Shown: one piece after another, positions 48,422 to 58,541 of the stretch
Layout of the letters: each line of letters begins with the position of its first letter
How positions within the stretch are numbered: the stretch's first letter is position 1
Source of the DNA: an uncultured delta proteobacterium
GTDB taxonomy: Bacteria > Myxococcota_A > Polyangia > Polyangiales > Polyangiaceae
DNA length: 64,000 bases
Direction of reading: 5' to 3'
NCBI GenBank assembly: GCA_963841435.1
Contig: CAWJCS010000004.1
Span: 512,001 to 576,000, forward strand
The notes under the pieces: model-generated
What the model was told of the DNA's origin: nothing
Database searches by the model: none
What the model saw: the letters and a program-made list of their open reading frames with translations, nothing else
Position numbers and translations under genes: made by a program

Positions 48422-49579
48422 GTGCCCGCTTGGGCGGTTCTCGCTCTCATCTCGGCAATGGGTCTCGCGGGGAGTGCGGTCGCCATGGCCATGATGCGGA
48501 TGTCGGAAAACCGACTGGGTGAGGCGCAGTCTCAGTCATTGAGACGGGCGCGGGCGGCGTACCGCGGCCACGCTTGGCGCCGTCCTGCTTGGCGACTTCC
48601 GGAGGCTTCCTGTAACGCACTAGAGAATGCAGCAAGCGCGCTGGCCCGAGACCGGTCCACGTGGAGCAATTGGTCAGAGACGTCCACGCAGGCGAAGGCG
48701 GACGCGTCCGATGCGTTCTACGAGTCGCTGCGTTGTTCATGGACTTTTGTTGGCGCACCGTTCCCCTCCGAGGCGACCGGCCGCCCGCTTGACTACGCAC
48801 TGCATGCGACCGCCGTTGAGCGGCTCCTAGCGGATGCGGCAAAGTCCGACGCCCCGCGGTGCCTGAGGACAGTGCTGCTAGTCATCGAGCTAGCGTTCGA
48901 TCTCATACCTGGGGGACGCGAACAGCAGGTCGGCTTTGCGAACACGGAGATCACAAAGGGTGCGCAGGTCGCCTTGGGGTGCGTACAAAGAGCACCCTTG
49001 GAAACGCTGGCCGAGCTGACCCATCCATTTCTGAGCGTCGCCTCGCAGCCCCCCCCGATTGCCTGGACGGTAGAGTACCACTTTCTACGCGATGCGGAGT
49101 ATGAGGAGACGCTGTTTCAGGGGCGGCCGCTCGTTCCTCGATTCTGGGACGGCGCGAGATACGAGCTGACTGATGGCGGGAGGATCCTGTCCCGCATGCG
49201 CAAGGCCCTCGACGCTGCACGTCGCGCCAGGGAATTGGGCGAGCTCGGACCAACTGCTGATGGCAAGCTGACAGCCTTGGTGTCGGACGTTCCGGCGTAT
49301 CTCGGGGCATCAGTCCGCAGAGCGCACACGGTCGGCGACAGTTTACGGTCATTCATTCGAGTCCGCGCGGTCGCATGCGGGATTTGGTGGCTGACCAAAG
49401 CAGATGGTTCTGCCATTCCCGCGGTTTGCTCGGCGCAGAACGCCGGGGGACCCCTGATCTTCTCGCCAACAGCAGAGAGCCTAAAAGTCTACGCATCCGG
49501 GCCGAACGGGCGCGACGATGGCGGCTCGGGAGACGACGAAGGGATCACGGTCACCATTCCGGGGTCGTACCGAAGGTGA
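48422..49579 (+). CDS. Hypothetical membrane-anchored protein downstream of the RHS tip
   Basis: N-terminal TM helix; C-terminal VYASGPNGRDDGGSGDD resembles pseudopilin GspG C-termini. Confidence 0.6.
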   Translation: MPAWAVLALISAMGLAGSAVAMAMMRMSENRLGEAQSQSLRRARAAYRGHAWRRPAWRLPEASCNALENAASALARDRSTWSNWSETSTQAKADASDAFYESLRCSWTFVGAPFPSEATGRPLDYALHATAVERLLADAAKSDAPRCLRTVLLVIELAFDLIPGGREQQVGFANTEITKGAQVALGCVQRAPLETLAELTHPFLSVASQPPPIAWTVEYHFLRDAEYEETLFQGRPLVPRFWDGARYELTDGGRILSRMRKALDAARRARELGELGPTADGKLTALVSDVPAYLGASVRRAHTVGDSLRSFIRVRAVACGIWWLTKADGSAIPAVCSAQNAGGPLIFSPTAESLKVYASGPNGRDDGGSGDDEGITVTIPGSYRR

Positions 49580-49773
49580 TGGGTTAGCGTCCGAGATGGA
49601 TTTGCCGTCCGCCGCGTCTCACCCGAGCGTCGAACCGTCGCGCCATCGCCGAACCCCGACCCGAGGTCAGTCGGACCGATCACTCCATCCGCGAAAGTAC
49701 CAGCCAAATCCAAAGCCGACGGCGAGCACGACGACGGTCACGACGTCGATTGCGAGGCTCGGGATCACGGAAC

Positions 49774-50490
49774 CCTCCTGTTGCTCAGGAAAGACTCGAG
49801 CGGCTTGCCGACGGCCAGCTCGAGCTCCGACTCAAGCATGCGTGGAAGGACGGCACGCGCGCCGTCGTGCTCGAGCCCGACGACTTGCTGGTCCGGCTCG
49901 TCGCCGCGGTGCCCCCGCCACGCTGGCATTTACTTCGCTACTTCGGCGTCCTCTCGAGCCACTCACGGCTCCGCCGAGAAGTTGTTCCGCACCCGCCCGC
50001 TGATCCGAGTGCTACCGCGCCTCCGCCTGCTCCGGGCGATCAGCTCGAGCTCGACCTCGACGCTGACGCTGACGAGCCTGCTCCGAGAAAAAGATGGGCC
50101 TGGCTGCTCAGACATGTGTTCAAGGCAGATTTGGATATTTGTCCGCGCTGCGGTGGACCGATGCGCTGGCTCGAGGCGGCGGCTACCCGAGAGTCTGCTC
50201 GTGACCTGCTCGCTCGGCTCGGGCTCGGGCCCAGGCCGCCGCCGGCTCCACCCCGCACGCCGCTCGCGCAGCTCACGCTGCCGTTCGCGAGGTGAGCCGG
50301 CTTGCGCTGGTCGCTGCGCCAGGCGAGCGTCCGCGCGCGTTCTGGGTTCGGGGAGCTCTGGCACCTCAGAGCCTCCTTCCGCCTCGTCCACGACAGCACG
50401 TCCACCCCATAGGCGTGCGTTCTTACGGCCTCGCCGGCCTCGCCGTGGGCCCCGCCCGGGACCTTTTGCCAGATCGTTTCGCCTAGGCGC
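49774..50490 (+). mobile_element. 5'-truncated copy of the IS91/ISCR-like element
   Basis: Matches 39710..40426. Confidence 0.93.
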
Positions 50491-50736
50491 ACCTCACCGC
50501 CCTGGGCCCCGCCTCCTCTAACGACCGCTTCGCCCGCCCAACGGCCCCGCCGTTTTCCCAGTTCGATTTTCCTTCGCGCCCACCCGTGAAAACGCCACGC
50601 CGGCGCCGCCAACGCCGAGCGTCTGGACTGCTTATGCCCAAACCTTGACAGCCGGCCCCCCGCGGGGTAGCCGCACCGGGTGAGCGGCGCCTCAGCAATG
50701 GGCGCCTCAGCAATGGGCGCGGGAAGGAGCAGCGCG

Positions 50737-52996
50737 ATGGGCGGTGCAATCGATGGGCAGTGGAGATGGGCTCGGAAGCATGCGTCGTGGCTCGGGCTTC
50801 GGGGGCCATGGGTGTACCAAGTACTGTGCGGTGCGGTCGCAGTCTGGGCCGTGGGATGTGCACCCAGCGAGGACACAGCTGAAGCCACGGACAACGACGC
50901 CGCTTCGTTGTCGTTGGAACCGCGGCCTTACAGGCATCCCCTCCTGAACGCACACGACGTTGGGAAGGCTGATGGCCTACCGGATGGCGTTCTGCCATTC
51001 GTCGACCTCAAAGATACTCCGCGTGGCGATCGCTACGCGATGTCCGAGGGGGTCGATGTAGATGAAGCCGGCTACACTCGCTCACATTCGGGCATCTCGG
51101 TGCTGCGGCGGGGGCCGGCCCCGACTGAACAGCCAGTGAAGGAGCCAAGGTCGCCCGGCCCGTCGCAGCCAGCACGCCTGGGGTCTGGTCTACAGCGCGC
51201 GCTCGCAGAGGCGAGCCCCGCCGAGTCGTTGGTCGTCGAAATCTCCATCGAACGGGTTTTCCCGCCCCTGACACGACTCATGCAGCGGGCCATTGCGGCA
51301 GGTCAGATCTTCGACGACGCTTCCCGCGAGGCTTGGCGCACGTCCGCGCTCACCCAGAAGGAGCTCGCAGTCCAAGCGGCGCAGGAGCCGATCGTCGCGC
51401 GTGTCCGCGATCTGGGGGGCAGCGTATTAGCACGCTACGAGAATCTGCACCAAATCGTCGCGTCCGTCCCTGCCAGTCGCGTGCTGGATTTGCTCGCCGA
51501 GCCGTCGGTGCAGCACCTCGATGCGGTCGAGACCCCGGCACTGGAATGGCCCGATGGTATTCCGCTCCGAACAGGCCAGCAGCTGGACCAATTTATCGAC
51601 GACGGATTCAATGGTGAGAGTGGTGGGAGCAGCGACGTTCTCTTTCGCCATTGCCGAAGGAGACGACAACGGCGCGATCGGGATCGACGAAGGCCTGTAT
51701 GCCTACAAAGAGGACTCATCCGGCACTAGAATTCGAGCGCTGTACGATTGTGGTTCGTCGAGTTGTACTAGCGCTTCCGAGTACTCCAATCCGAGCTGGC
51801 ACACCACGAAAGTGTCCGCGATCCTGTTCGGCGACCTGCAGGATGGCCAAGACCCGAACTACACCGGCTCGGATGACCGCAAGGCGCGATCCGGGTTCGC
51901 GACTGAAGCAAAGGGGTACTTCTACACATTGGGAAATTTCGGGGCGGCCGCGAATCATATAATCGGGATATCCACATACGAACCGGCTCTCGTGAACCTC
52001 TCCTGGGGTTTTGATGGTGGCGATTGCTCAGGGGAGGACGCGGGATCAGTCTCCGTTGACGAGATGTTTGAGGACGGAACGTTGACGTTCAAGTCGGCCG
52101 GGAATGACGGGCATTCAAGCAGTACCGACTGCAAGGTCACCGATCCTGGACCCGCGATGGGGGCGTTCGTCGTGGGCTCTTATGGGGATGTCAACTCGAG
52201 CACGCTTGACAACGTCCGAACCGACGAAATCTGCGCGAACTCGGCCCGCGGAGGCACCACGTCCGACGGCAAGGGTCGCTCCATGGTCAACCTGGTCGCG
52301 TACGCCCCGCGATCCAGGATCCCCCGCCCCGGCAACGTCTATAGCACCGTGGGCTGTGGAACGAGCTACGCGGCGCCAGCGGCGGCCGGCGCGGCCATCG
52401 ATTTCGCGGATCATTACTTCATGACATATGGGTCTCTGATCTTTGATCCCGGAATCCTCCACGCCGCGATGTTGCTCATGGGGGACAGGAGCAAAGAGGG
52501 CGGTGGAACGCAGTCCAATAAGTTCAACAACTTGTACGGCGCCGGGCGCATGCGAATGCGCCGCCTGGACGACACTGGGATGGACAATCCATGGGGGTTC
52601 GAAATGGGCTCCGTCTGCATCGACAATGGAGAGTGGTATCACCTAGACATCAACGGCGGGAACGCACTCAGCTCTGATGTCGATGTCATCAAGGCGGTCG
52701 CTTGGTGGTACGATCCTCGACTCGAGACGGGAACCCAAATCGATGATGTTGATCTTCAATTGGCGCGAAACGGAACGAGTGTGCAATACAGCACCAGTTC
52801 GGATGACGAGAAGGAACGAGTAAAATATACCACCGGTGGGACATCGGCGACATACGAGCTCATCTTTCACGGAGCGAGCGTTACCGCCGACAACGCCGGT
52901 TGCGGCACGAACTCCATGCTCGTCTACTATGCCTACTTCTACGAGGATTCGGACCGTGATGACGGTTCGGCGCTCGACGAGATTCTACCCGAGTAG
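50737..52996 (+). CDS. Subtilisin-like (S8) serine protease lipoprotein, frameshift at ~51644
   Basis: Lipobox AVGC and prodomain; WHTTKVSAIL, VNLSWG, SAGNDG and GTSYAAP. Removing one T from 51643-51645 joins the two ORFs. Start is approximate. Confidence 0.82.
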
Positions 52997-53027
52997 GACT
53001 CAGGTCAAAAAGAGGAGATACGAAGAC

Positions 53028-53600
53028 ATGAGATCCAAGATCCTGACTGGCTCCGTAGCAGTGGCATTGTGTGCCTACGCCTGTGGCTCGGACGACGAGC
53101 CCGACCATGCCGGTTCAGGAGGATCGGGTGGTCGCGGCGGCACAGGGCAGGGTGGCGCCTCCTCAGGCCAAGCGGGAGCAGGAGGCGTTTCCGGCCGGAG
53201 CGGCTCCGGCGGCCTCGCCGGCAGCTCCGGCGGCTCCGGTGGCGCAGGCGATTCCTCGATCGCGGGAATGGCAGGCGCGCCCGTGGCGGGCGATGCTGGG
53301 GCGGGAGGTGAGCGCTGCTGGGTGACCATCGCTCGGCCCATCGAGGCGGATGCCTGGTGCGTGGACTACTCGAGCGAGCTTCCTGTGACGGTGTGCTTAC
53401 CTCCTGGTACGCCCTGCAACGACTATTCGGGCTGCGCTCGTCGCCAGAGCGACGGTGCCCCCTTCTTCGTCACGAGTCCTTCCTGCTTCGTACGCGGGAC
53501 CGAAGGCTGGTACAATTGCACCCGGGAAGACAGCGAGCGGCCCCTCCCGTACTGCCCCGAGAACGCTGCGGGGGCTGGCGGCGAGGGCGGCGGTAGCTGA
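53028..53600 (+). CDS. Gly-linker, Cys-rich lipoprotein
   Basis: AGGAG upstream, lipobox AYAC, Gly linker and 8-Cys domain. Confidence 0.75.
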   Translation: MRSKILTGSVAVALCAYACGSDDEPDHAGSGGSGGRGGTGQGGASSGQAGAGGVSGRSGSGGLAGSSGGSGGAGDSSIAGMAGAPVAGDAGAGGERCWVTIARPIEADAWCVDYSSELPVTVCLPPGTPCNDYSGCARRQSDGAPFFVTSPSCFVRGTEGWYNCTREDSERPLPYCPENAAGAGGEGGGS

Positions 53601-53612
53601 AGAACGCGTCGC

Positions 53613-55310
53613 GTGCGTCCCGCGTCACGCGTGCGAACCCCCCAACCTCCGCGACACACTGTTTGGTTGCGGCTGTGGCACCGCCTCCGGTCGGCTCTCT
53701 TGCCTCGTGCGTCGCGCGTCACAATAGCGCTAAGTCTAGTCATCGCCGTTGCGGCGATTCCGCGACTTGCGGCGCTTTCTGCCGACCTTCCGCATATCCA
53801 CCACCCGGACGAGGCCAACAACTTGAACCGCGTCCAGAAGGTGTTGCGTACTGAGGACTGGAACCCTCACTTCTTTCGCTACCCCGCTCTTTCAATCTAC
53901 GCCGTGTCGGCCGTTCGCCGAATTCTCGGCTCGTTTGGCATACTGAATGGCCGGGTAGCGCAGGCGGACCTAAACAGTGTCGCCCTTGGCGTCGCGACGG
54001 CTCCTTCTACAGGAGTCGTCGTGGTTGCGCGGGGCGTGACGGCGCTATTGGGGATCGGGATGGCAGTGTGCGTATTTCTTCTTGGTCGCCAATTGACTGG
54101 TAGTCTAGCAGTTGCCGTGATCGCGGGTTCCCTTGTTGCGATATCCCCGACGGCAATCAGGTACGCACGGATCTTCTCGCCTGATACGTTTGCGGCGTTC
54201 TTTACATACCTTGCGGTCTTGGCTGCCCTCCCTCTTACAGAACGCAAGACAACGCTACGCTACGCTCTCGCGGGTGCGCTCGCGGGACTTGCAGCGGCTG
54301 GCAAGTACAACGCGGCCCTGGTCGTGATTGCGCCAGTTTCCGCCCATATTCTCTATTCTGACATGCGAGAGCTGAGATGTCTTCGGAGCCTCAAAGGCAT
54401 GGCGATACTCGGCGCAGCCGCAACGCTCGCATTTCTCGCACTGAATCCATTTATTCCGGTTGAATGGACCGCAGCTCTCGGCGACATCAAGGCCGAGCAG
54501 CGCCACTACACCGGTGGGCAAGCAGGTTCCGAGGGTGACACATTACTCTGGTACACGCGGTATCTCTGGAGCGTTGAAGGTGGTACCATTGTACTTGCGC
54601 TCTACGGCGTCATTCATGCTGTGCAGAGACACGTTAGGAACCTGCTCATCCCGGTGATCTTTACCTTTGTCTACTGCGCCGGAATTTCGATGTTTGCGGT
54701 CCGGAATGGACGTGCCCTTCTGCCCGTGCTTGGGCTAGTCGAGGTGCTCGCAGCGGTCGCATTGGTCGCCATGGCCGAGACAGCGCGGCGCTGGGTTCGG
54801 GCTGTCGCGGGTGTCGCGGCGGTTTGTCCCCTCATGATTCGCTCATATCCGGCATTGGAGCAGCTGACGCTCGCCCAGAAGATTGCATCCGATAATGCGG
54901 GGCTGTGGATTGAGCGGCACGTCCCTAGCAAGACGGTCATCGCCGTCGAGGCTGGAGGGCCAATACTTGACAGGCGACGCTATCGCATTGTCGCCGAGGA
55001 TTTTCTTCACGAAATGCCCATGCTGGGCTACAAGCGTGCAGGCGTTCTGATATTTGCCGTGTCGGCTGGCAATAGGTACCTCCGGGGGCCGAACCGCTAC
55101 CGGCGAAGGACGGCACTCTATCGCGAGATCGCGAGTCGGAATCGCCTAATCGGGCGGTTTCGATCGCCGCGACTGGTCGGACCTTATGCGGATCTGGTGG
55201 GGGTGATAAGCAACCCTCTACTTCAGCGCGCCTGGATTGGTTACGATGCGGTCGGTGCTGCTTCCTGTGCTCTGTACCGGGCGCCGTGGGCGGCCCCTGT
55301 GGCCCAATAG
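53613..55310 (+). CDS. GT-C fold membrane glycosyltransferase (PMT/ArnT, GT39/GT83-like)
   Basis: HPDE, WNPHFFRYP, many TM helices, AGLAAAGKYN. Visibly lower GC than its neighbours. Confidence 0.82.
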   Translation: MRPASRVRTPQPPRHTVWLRLWHRLRSALLPRASRVTIALSLVIAVAAIPRLAALSADLPHIHHPDEANNLNRVQKVLRTEDWNPHFFRYPALSIYAVSAVRRILGSFGILNGRVAQADLNSVALGVATAPSTGVVVVARGVTALLGIGMAVCVFLLGRQLTGSLAVAVIAGSLVAISPTAIRYARIFSPDTFAAFFTYLAVLAALPLTERKTTLRYALAGALAGLAAAGKYNAALVVIAPVSAHILYSDMRELRCLRSLKGMAILGAAATLAFLALNPFIPVEWTAALGDIKAEQRHYTGGQAGSEGDTLLWYTRYLWSVEGGTIVLALYGVIHAVQRHVRNLLIPVIFTFVYCAGISMFAVRNGRALLPVLGLVEVLAAVALVAMAETARRWVRAVAGVAAVCPLMIRSYPALEQLTLAQKIASDNAGLWIERHVPSKTVIAVEAGGPILDRRRYRIVAEDFLHEMPMLGYKRAGVLIFAVSAGNRYLRGPNRYRRRTALYREIASRNRLIGRFRSPRLVGPYADLVGVISNPLLQRAWIGYDAVGAASCALYRAPWAAPVAQ

Positions 55311-55479
55311 TCGCTGTGATGGTGCCGGAAAATCTGCTGCCAATCGTCCCGGAAAAATCTGCGGTCTCCCGGAAGGGAGGCCAGACATGATGGAATCGGC
55401 ATGATCCACAGCTGGATCTGCGCCAAGCTCTTGCTGCAGCTGGTCAGCGCGCGCATTGCAAGTAGGGCGCCCTCCACCT

Positions 55480-55615
55480 TACCGAGACTTGCTGCCGAAC
55501 GACCAAAGTGCCGCTCGAACCGCTGGATGCACCGCAGGTAAGTCACCCGCGTGTTGAGCGGTGTACCCGAGAGCTCGAGCTCCTCGGCAACCCTCTTTCT
55601 CAGTTGTTCCTTCAC
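55480..55615 (-). pseudogene. N-terminal SAM-like fragment of a tyrosine integrase
   Basis: RBS AGGAGG + GTG; EQLRKRVAEELELSG..NTRVTYLRCIQRFERHFGRSAASLG, after which similarity stops. Confidence 0.6.
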
Positions 55616-55759
55616 GGCGATCCTCCTGTCAACGGTGCTCGACGCGAGCACCGAGCCGTCCAGGATCTGGGCGTAACTCAAGCCGGAAACTTCGAGGGCT
55701 CCAACATCCCGACAATGCGCTCGAGCGAGCACCCAAAGGCGTCCGACATCAAGCTTTGG

Positions 55760-56249
55760 GACCGCTCCCGCCCGAAGCTCATGGACGCACGCCGTCGGCG
55801 ACCACAGCCGGCGTACGACCCCAAGATGGTCACCGCCTGGAATGGGCTTGCGATCGGAGCCCTGGCCCTGGGGTATCGAGTCTCCGGTGAGCAGCGCATC
55901 CGTGACGCTGCCGAGCGGGTCGCAGAGGCCATCTGGCGCTTGAACCATCACGCGGGCGGCGATCTCGCTCGAAGCTCGAACGGCAAGCAGGCCGGCAGCT
56001 CTGCCGTGCTCGACGACTTCGCCTTCCTCAGCAACGGGCTCGTCGAGCTGTTCGAGGCGACCGGCAACCCGGTGTACCTGGAGCACGCCACTACCCTGGC
56101 CACGCAGGCGATGGACCGATTCGCGAATCCAAGCGGCGGATGGTTCCTGACCTCCGGCACGGAGCAGGAGCCTTTGGGGCGGCGGATCGAGGTCTCCGAC
56201 GGCGTGGAGCCCTCCGGGAACGCTGCGATGCTCATGACGCTCGCGAAAC
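55760..56249 (+). pseudogene. Internal fragment of a YyaL/SSP411 thioredoxin-domain protein
   Basis: RPQPAYDPKMVTAWNGLAI, LDDFAFL..GLVELFEATG and DGVEPSGNA. Cut by the element at 56250. Confidence 0.75.
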
Positions 56250-56886
56250 CACGCGCGCCGTCGTGCTCGAGCCCGACGACTTGCTGGTCCGGCTCGTCGC
56301 CGCGGTGCCCCCGCCACGCTGGCATTTACTTCGCTACTTCGGCGTCCTCTCGAGCCACTCACGGCTCCGCCGAGAAGTTGTTCCGCACCCGCCCGCTGAT
56401 CCGAGTGCTACCGCGCCTCCGCCTGCTCCGGGCGATCAGCTCGAGCTCGACCTCGACGCTGACGCTGACGAGCCTGCTCCGAGAAAAAGATGGGCCTGGC
56501 TGCTCAGACATGTGTTCAAGGCAGATTTGGATATTTGTCCGCGCTGCGGTGGACCGATGCGCTGGCTCGAGGCGGCGGCTACCCGAGAGTCTGCTCGTGA
56601 CCTGCTCGCTCGGCTCGGGCTCGGGCCCAGGCCGCCGCCGGCTCCACCCCGCACGCCGCTCGCGCAGCTCACGCTGCCGTTCGCGAGGTGAGCCGGCTTG
56701 CGCTGGTCGCTGCGCCAGGCGAGCGTCCGCGCGCGTTCTGGGTTCGGGGAGCTCTGGCACCTCAGAGCCTCCTTCCGCCTCGTCCACGACAGCACGTCCA
56801 CCCCATAGGCGTGCGTTCTTACGGCCTCGCCGGCCTCGCCGTGGGCCCCGCCCGGGACCTTTTGCCAGATCGTTTCGCCTAGGCGC
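56250..56886 (+). mobile_element. 5'-truncated copy of the IS91/ISCR-like element
   Basis: Matches 39790..40426. Confidence 0.93.
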
Positions 56887-57376
56887 TCGACGCAAGACCG
56901 ACCAGTTCGTGATCGATAGGCTTCGAAAGACCCCGTTCGAAGTGGGTGCAGATCGGATCGCGCGTACGGCGCACGCGGCTCTGGGACTCTTGGCGAGTCT
57001 CCGTAACCAGTGCTGCGACCCCATCCCGCTCGCCTGGAGCCCTGGACGAGCTGCGGGTCGCCACTGTATCGAGGTCTACCCGGCGGCGACGCTTCTGGGC
57101 AGGGGTCTGCTGGCCAAGGGCTACAAGGGGAAGCGAACCGAACTTGCCAGCCGGGAAAAACGTCTCACGATACTCAAGGCGCTCTCCGCGGAAGTGCGTT
57201 TGGCGGGCGCCGTTGAACGGGACGCAGCCGCCGTAGACCACGTGCTCGATGCGGTGATCTGCGTGATTGCTGCTGCCGACTTCGTCAAGGGAACCGTAAT
57301 CGTCCCAGAAGACCCAACTGTTGCGAGGCGGGAGGGCTGGATCTGGTTCTCCGACCGGCGCTCCAACACGCCTTGA
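56887..57376 (+). pseudogene. 3' half of a DUF429-family (predicted RNase H-like nuclease) gene
   Basis: RRKTD, VGADRIA, IEVYPAATL, LDAVIC and EGWIW. The N-terminus is missing. Confidence 0.7.
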
Positions 57377-57472
57377 TGCCTTGCCACGCTGGGGCATGCG
57401 GCGAGGCGATGCCGAGCGGGGCCGCCTCTGGTCGTAGGTCAACGTCCCCGCCTCACGCGCCGTACCCCCTCC

Positions 57473-57721
57473 ATGGCCGCCACCCCTACCTCCCCTGCTG
57501 CCGATCACGAGAGCCACGAGCCCCCGAGCACGCCCGCCAACGGGACCCCGCGTGCCGAGACGAAGCCGATCACCGTGATGCTCCCCGACGACTTGCTCAA
57601 GAAGCTGAAGATCGTCGCCATCGTCCGCGAGACCAGTGTGAGCGAGCTGGTCGCCGAGGCCGCTGCCGGCGTGGTGCGGCGGGAGCTGAAGAAGGCGGTA
57701 GCGAAGATCTCGGGCGAGTAG
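57473..57721 (+). CDS. Ribbon-helix-helix (CopG-like) DNA-binding protein
   Basis: ITVMLPDDLLKKLKIVA...SVSELV strand-helix-helix pattern. Confidence 0.7.
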   Translation: MAATPTSPAADHESHEPPSTPANGTPRAETKPITVMLPDDLLKKLKIVAIVRETSVSELVAEAAAGVVRRELKKAVAKISGE

Positions 57722-57901
57722 TCATAGAACTCGTCGCCCGCTCCGACCCGGAGAGGGGCCTTTCTTAGTTGATCGTTTGGTCTGGGGGCACCTCGCGCCC
57801 CGCATGGAAGTCTGGACTTGACCTCACCAAACCAGCGGCGCACCATCACACCATCCAGGGCGGCGGCCCGGCGGGCGGGCGCCGAACTGGGGGAGATTCC
57901 C

Positions 57902-58513
57902 ATGCGGGTGTGGAAGATCGCGGCCGTCGGCGTAATTGCTCCAATCCTCTGGGGCGGAGCCGGTTGCGGTTCCAAGTCCTCCACGAACGGGGCGGCGGCC
58001 TCGGGTGGCAAGGGTGCCGCAGCGGGTACTGGCGGCGGCTCGGGCGGGACAGGAGGGGCTAGTGCGGGCGCCTCCGCGAGCGGCAGCACGGGGCGTGGCG
58101 GCGGAGCAGGAGAGACAGCCGCCTCGGGGTCCGGAGGCACGTCAGGTTCGAGTGCTGATGGAGGAGCCGGGGGTTCGGTGAGCGGAGCTGGCGGGGAATC
58201 GGGGCGCACGCAAGGTGGCTCTGGCGGGAAGAACGGTGGCGCGGGCGGGAAGGGCGGCACGGGCGGGAAGGGCGGAAGCGCAGGCGAAGGCGGCAGTGGG
58301 GGACCACCCTGCGGTAACGGCATTCCGGATGGGCCGTGTCCTGAGGGGCTCACGTGCCGGTGCTGTGAAGGCCCTGCCGCCGGGAGGTGCCTCTGCACGA
58401 CCGACTGCACAAACGCCGATTGCTCGGATGCTGAGAGGCCAGCCTGCGTGGGCTCTATGGGCGCCGGGTTCCCTTTCTGTGCACCGGATACGTTCTACTG
58501 CTTTACGCAGTGA
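57902..58513 (+). CDS. Gly-linker, Cys-rich lipoprotein
   Basis: GGAG RBS, lipobox GAGC, Gly linker and Cys-rich end. Confidence 0.75.
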   Translation: MRVWKIAAVGVIAPILWGGAGCGSKSSTNGAAASGGKGAAAGTGGGSGGTGGASAGASASGSTGRGGGAGETAASGSGGTSGSSADGGAGGSVSGAGGESGRTQGGSGGKNGGAGGKGGTGGKGGSAGEGGSGGPPCGNGIPDGPCPEGLTCRCCEGPAAGRCLCTTDCTNADCSDAERPACVGSMGAGFPFCAPDTFYCFTQ

Positions 58514-58541
58514 GACCTCAACGTTCAAGGCGGAGGGTGGC

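Noticed and set aside
50515-50660. attC site starting at GCCCAAC
   Set aside because: No matching GTTRRRY arm or extended dyad was found.
55508-57376. 622-aa ORF as a novel fusion protein
   Set aside because: It is a chance read-through of the YyaL fragment, an alternative frame of the element (open in every copy) and the DUF429 half.
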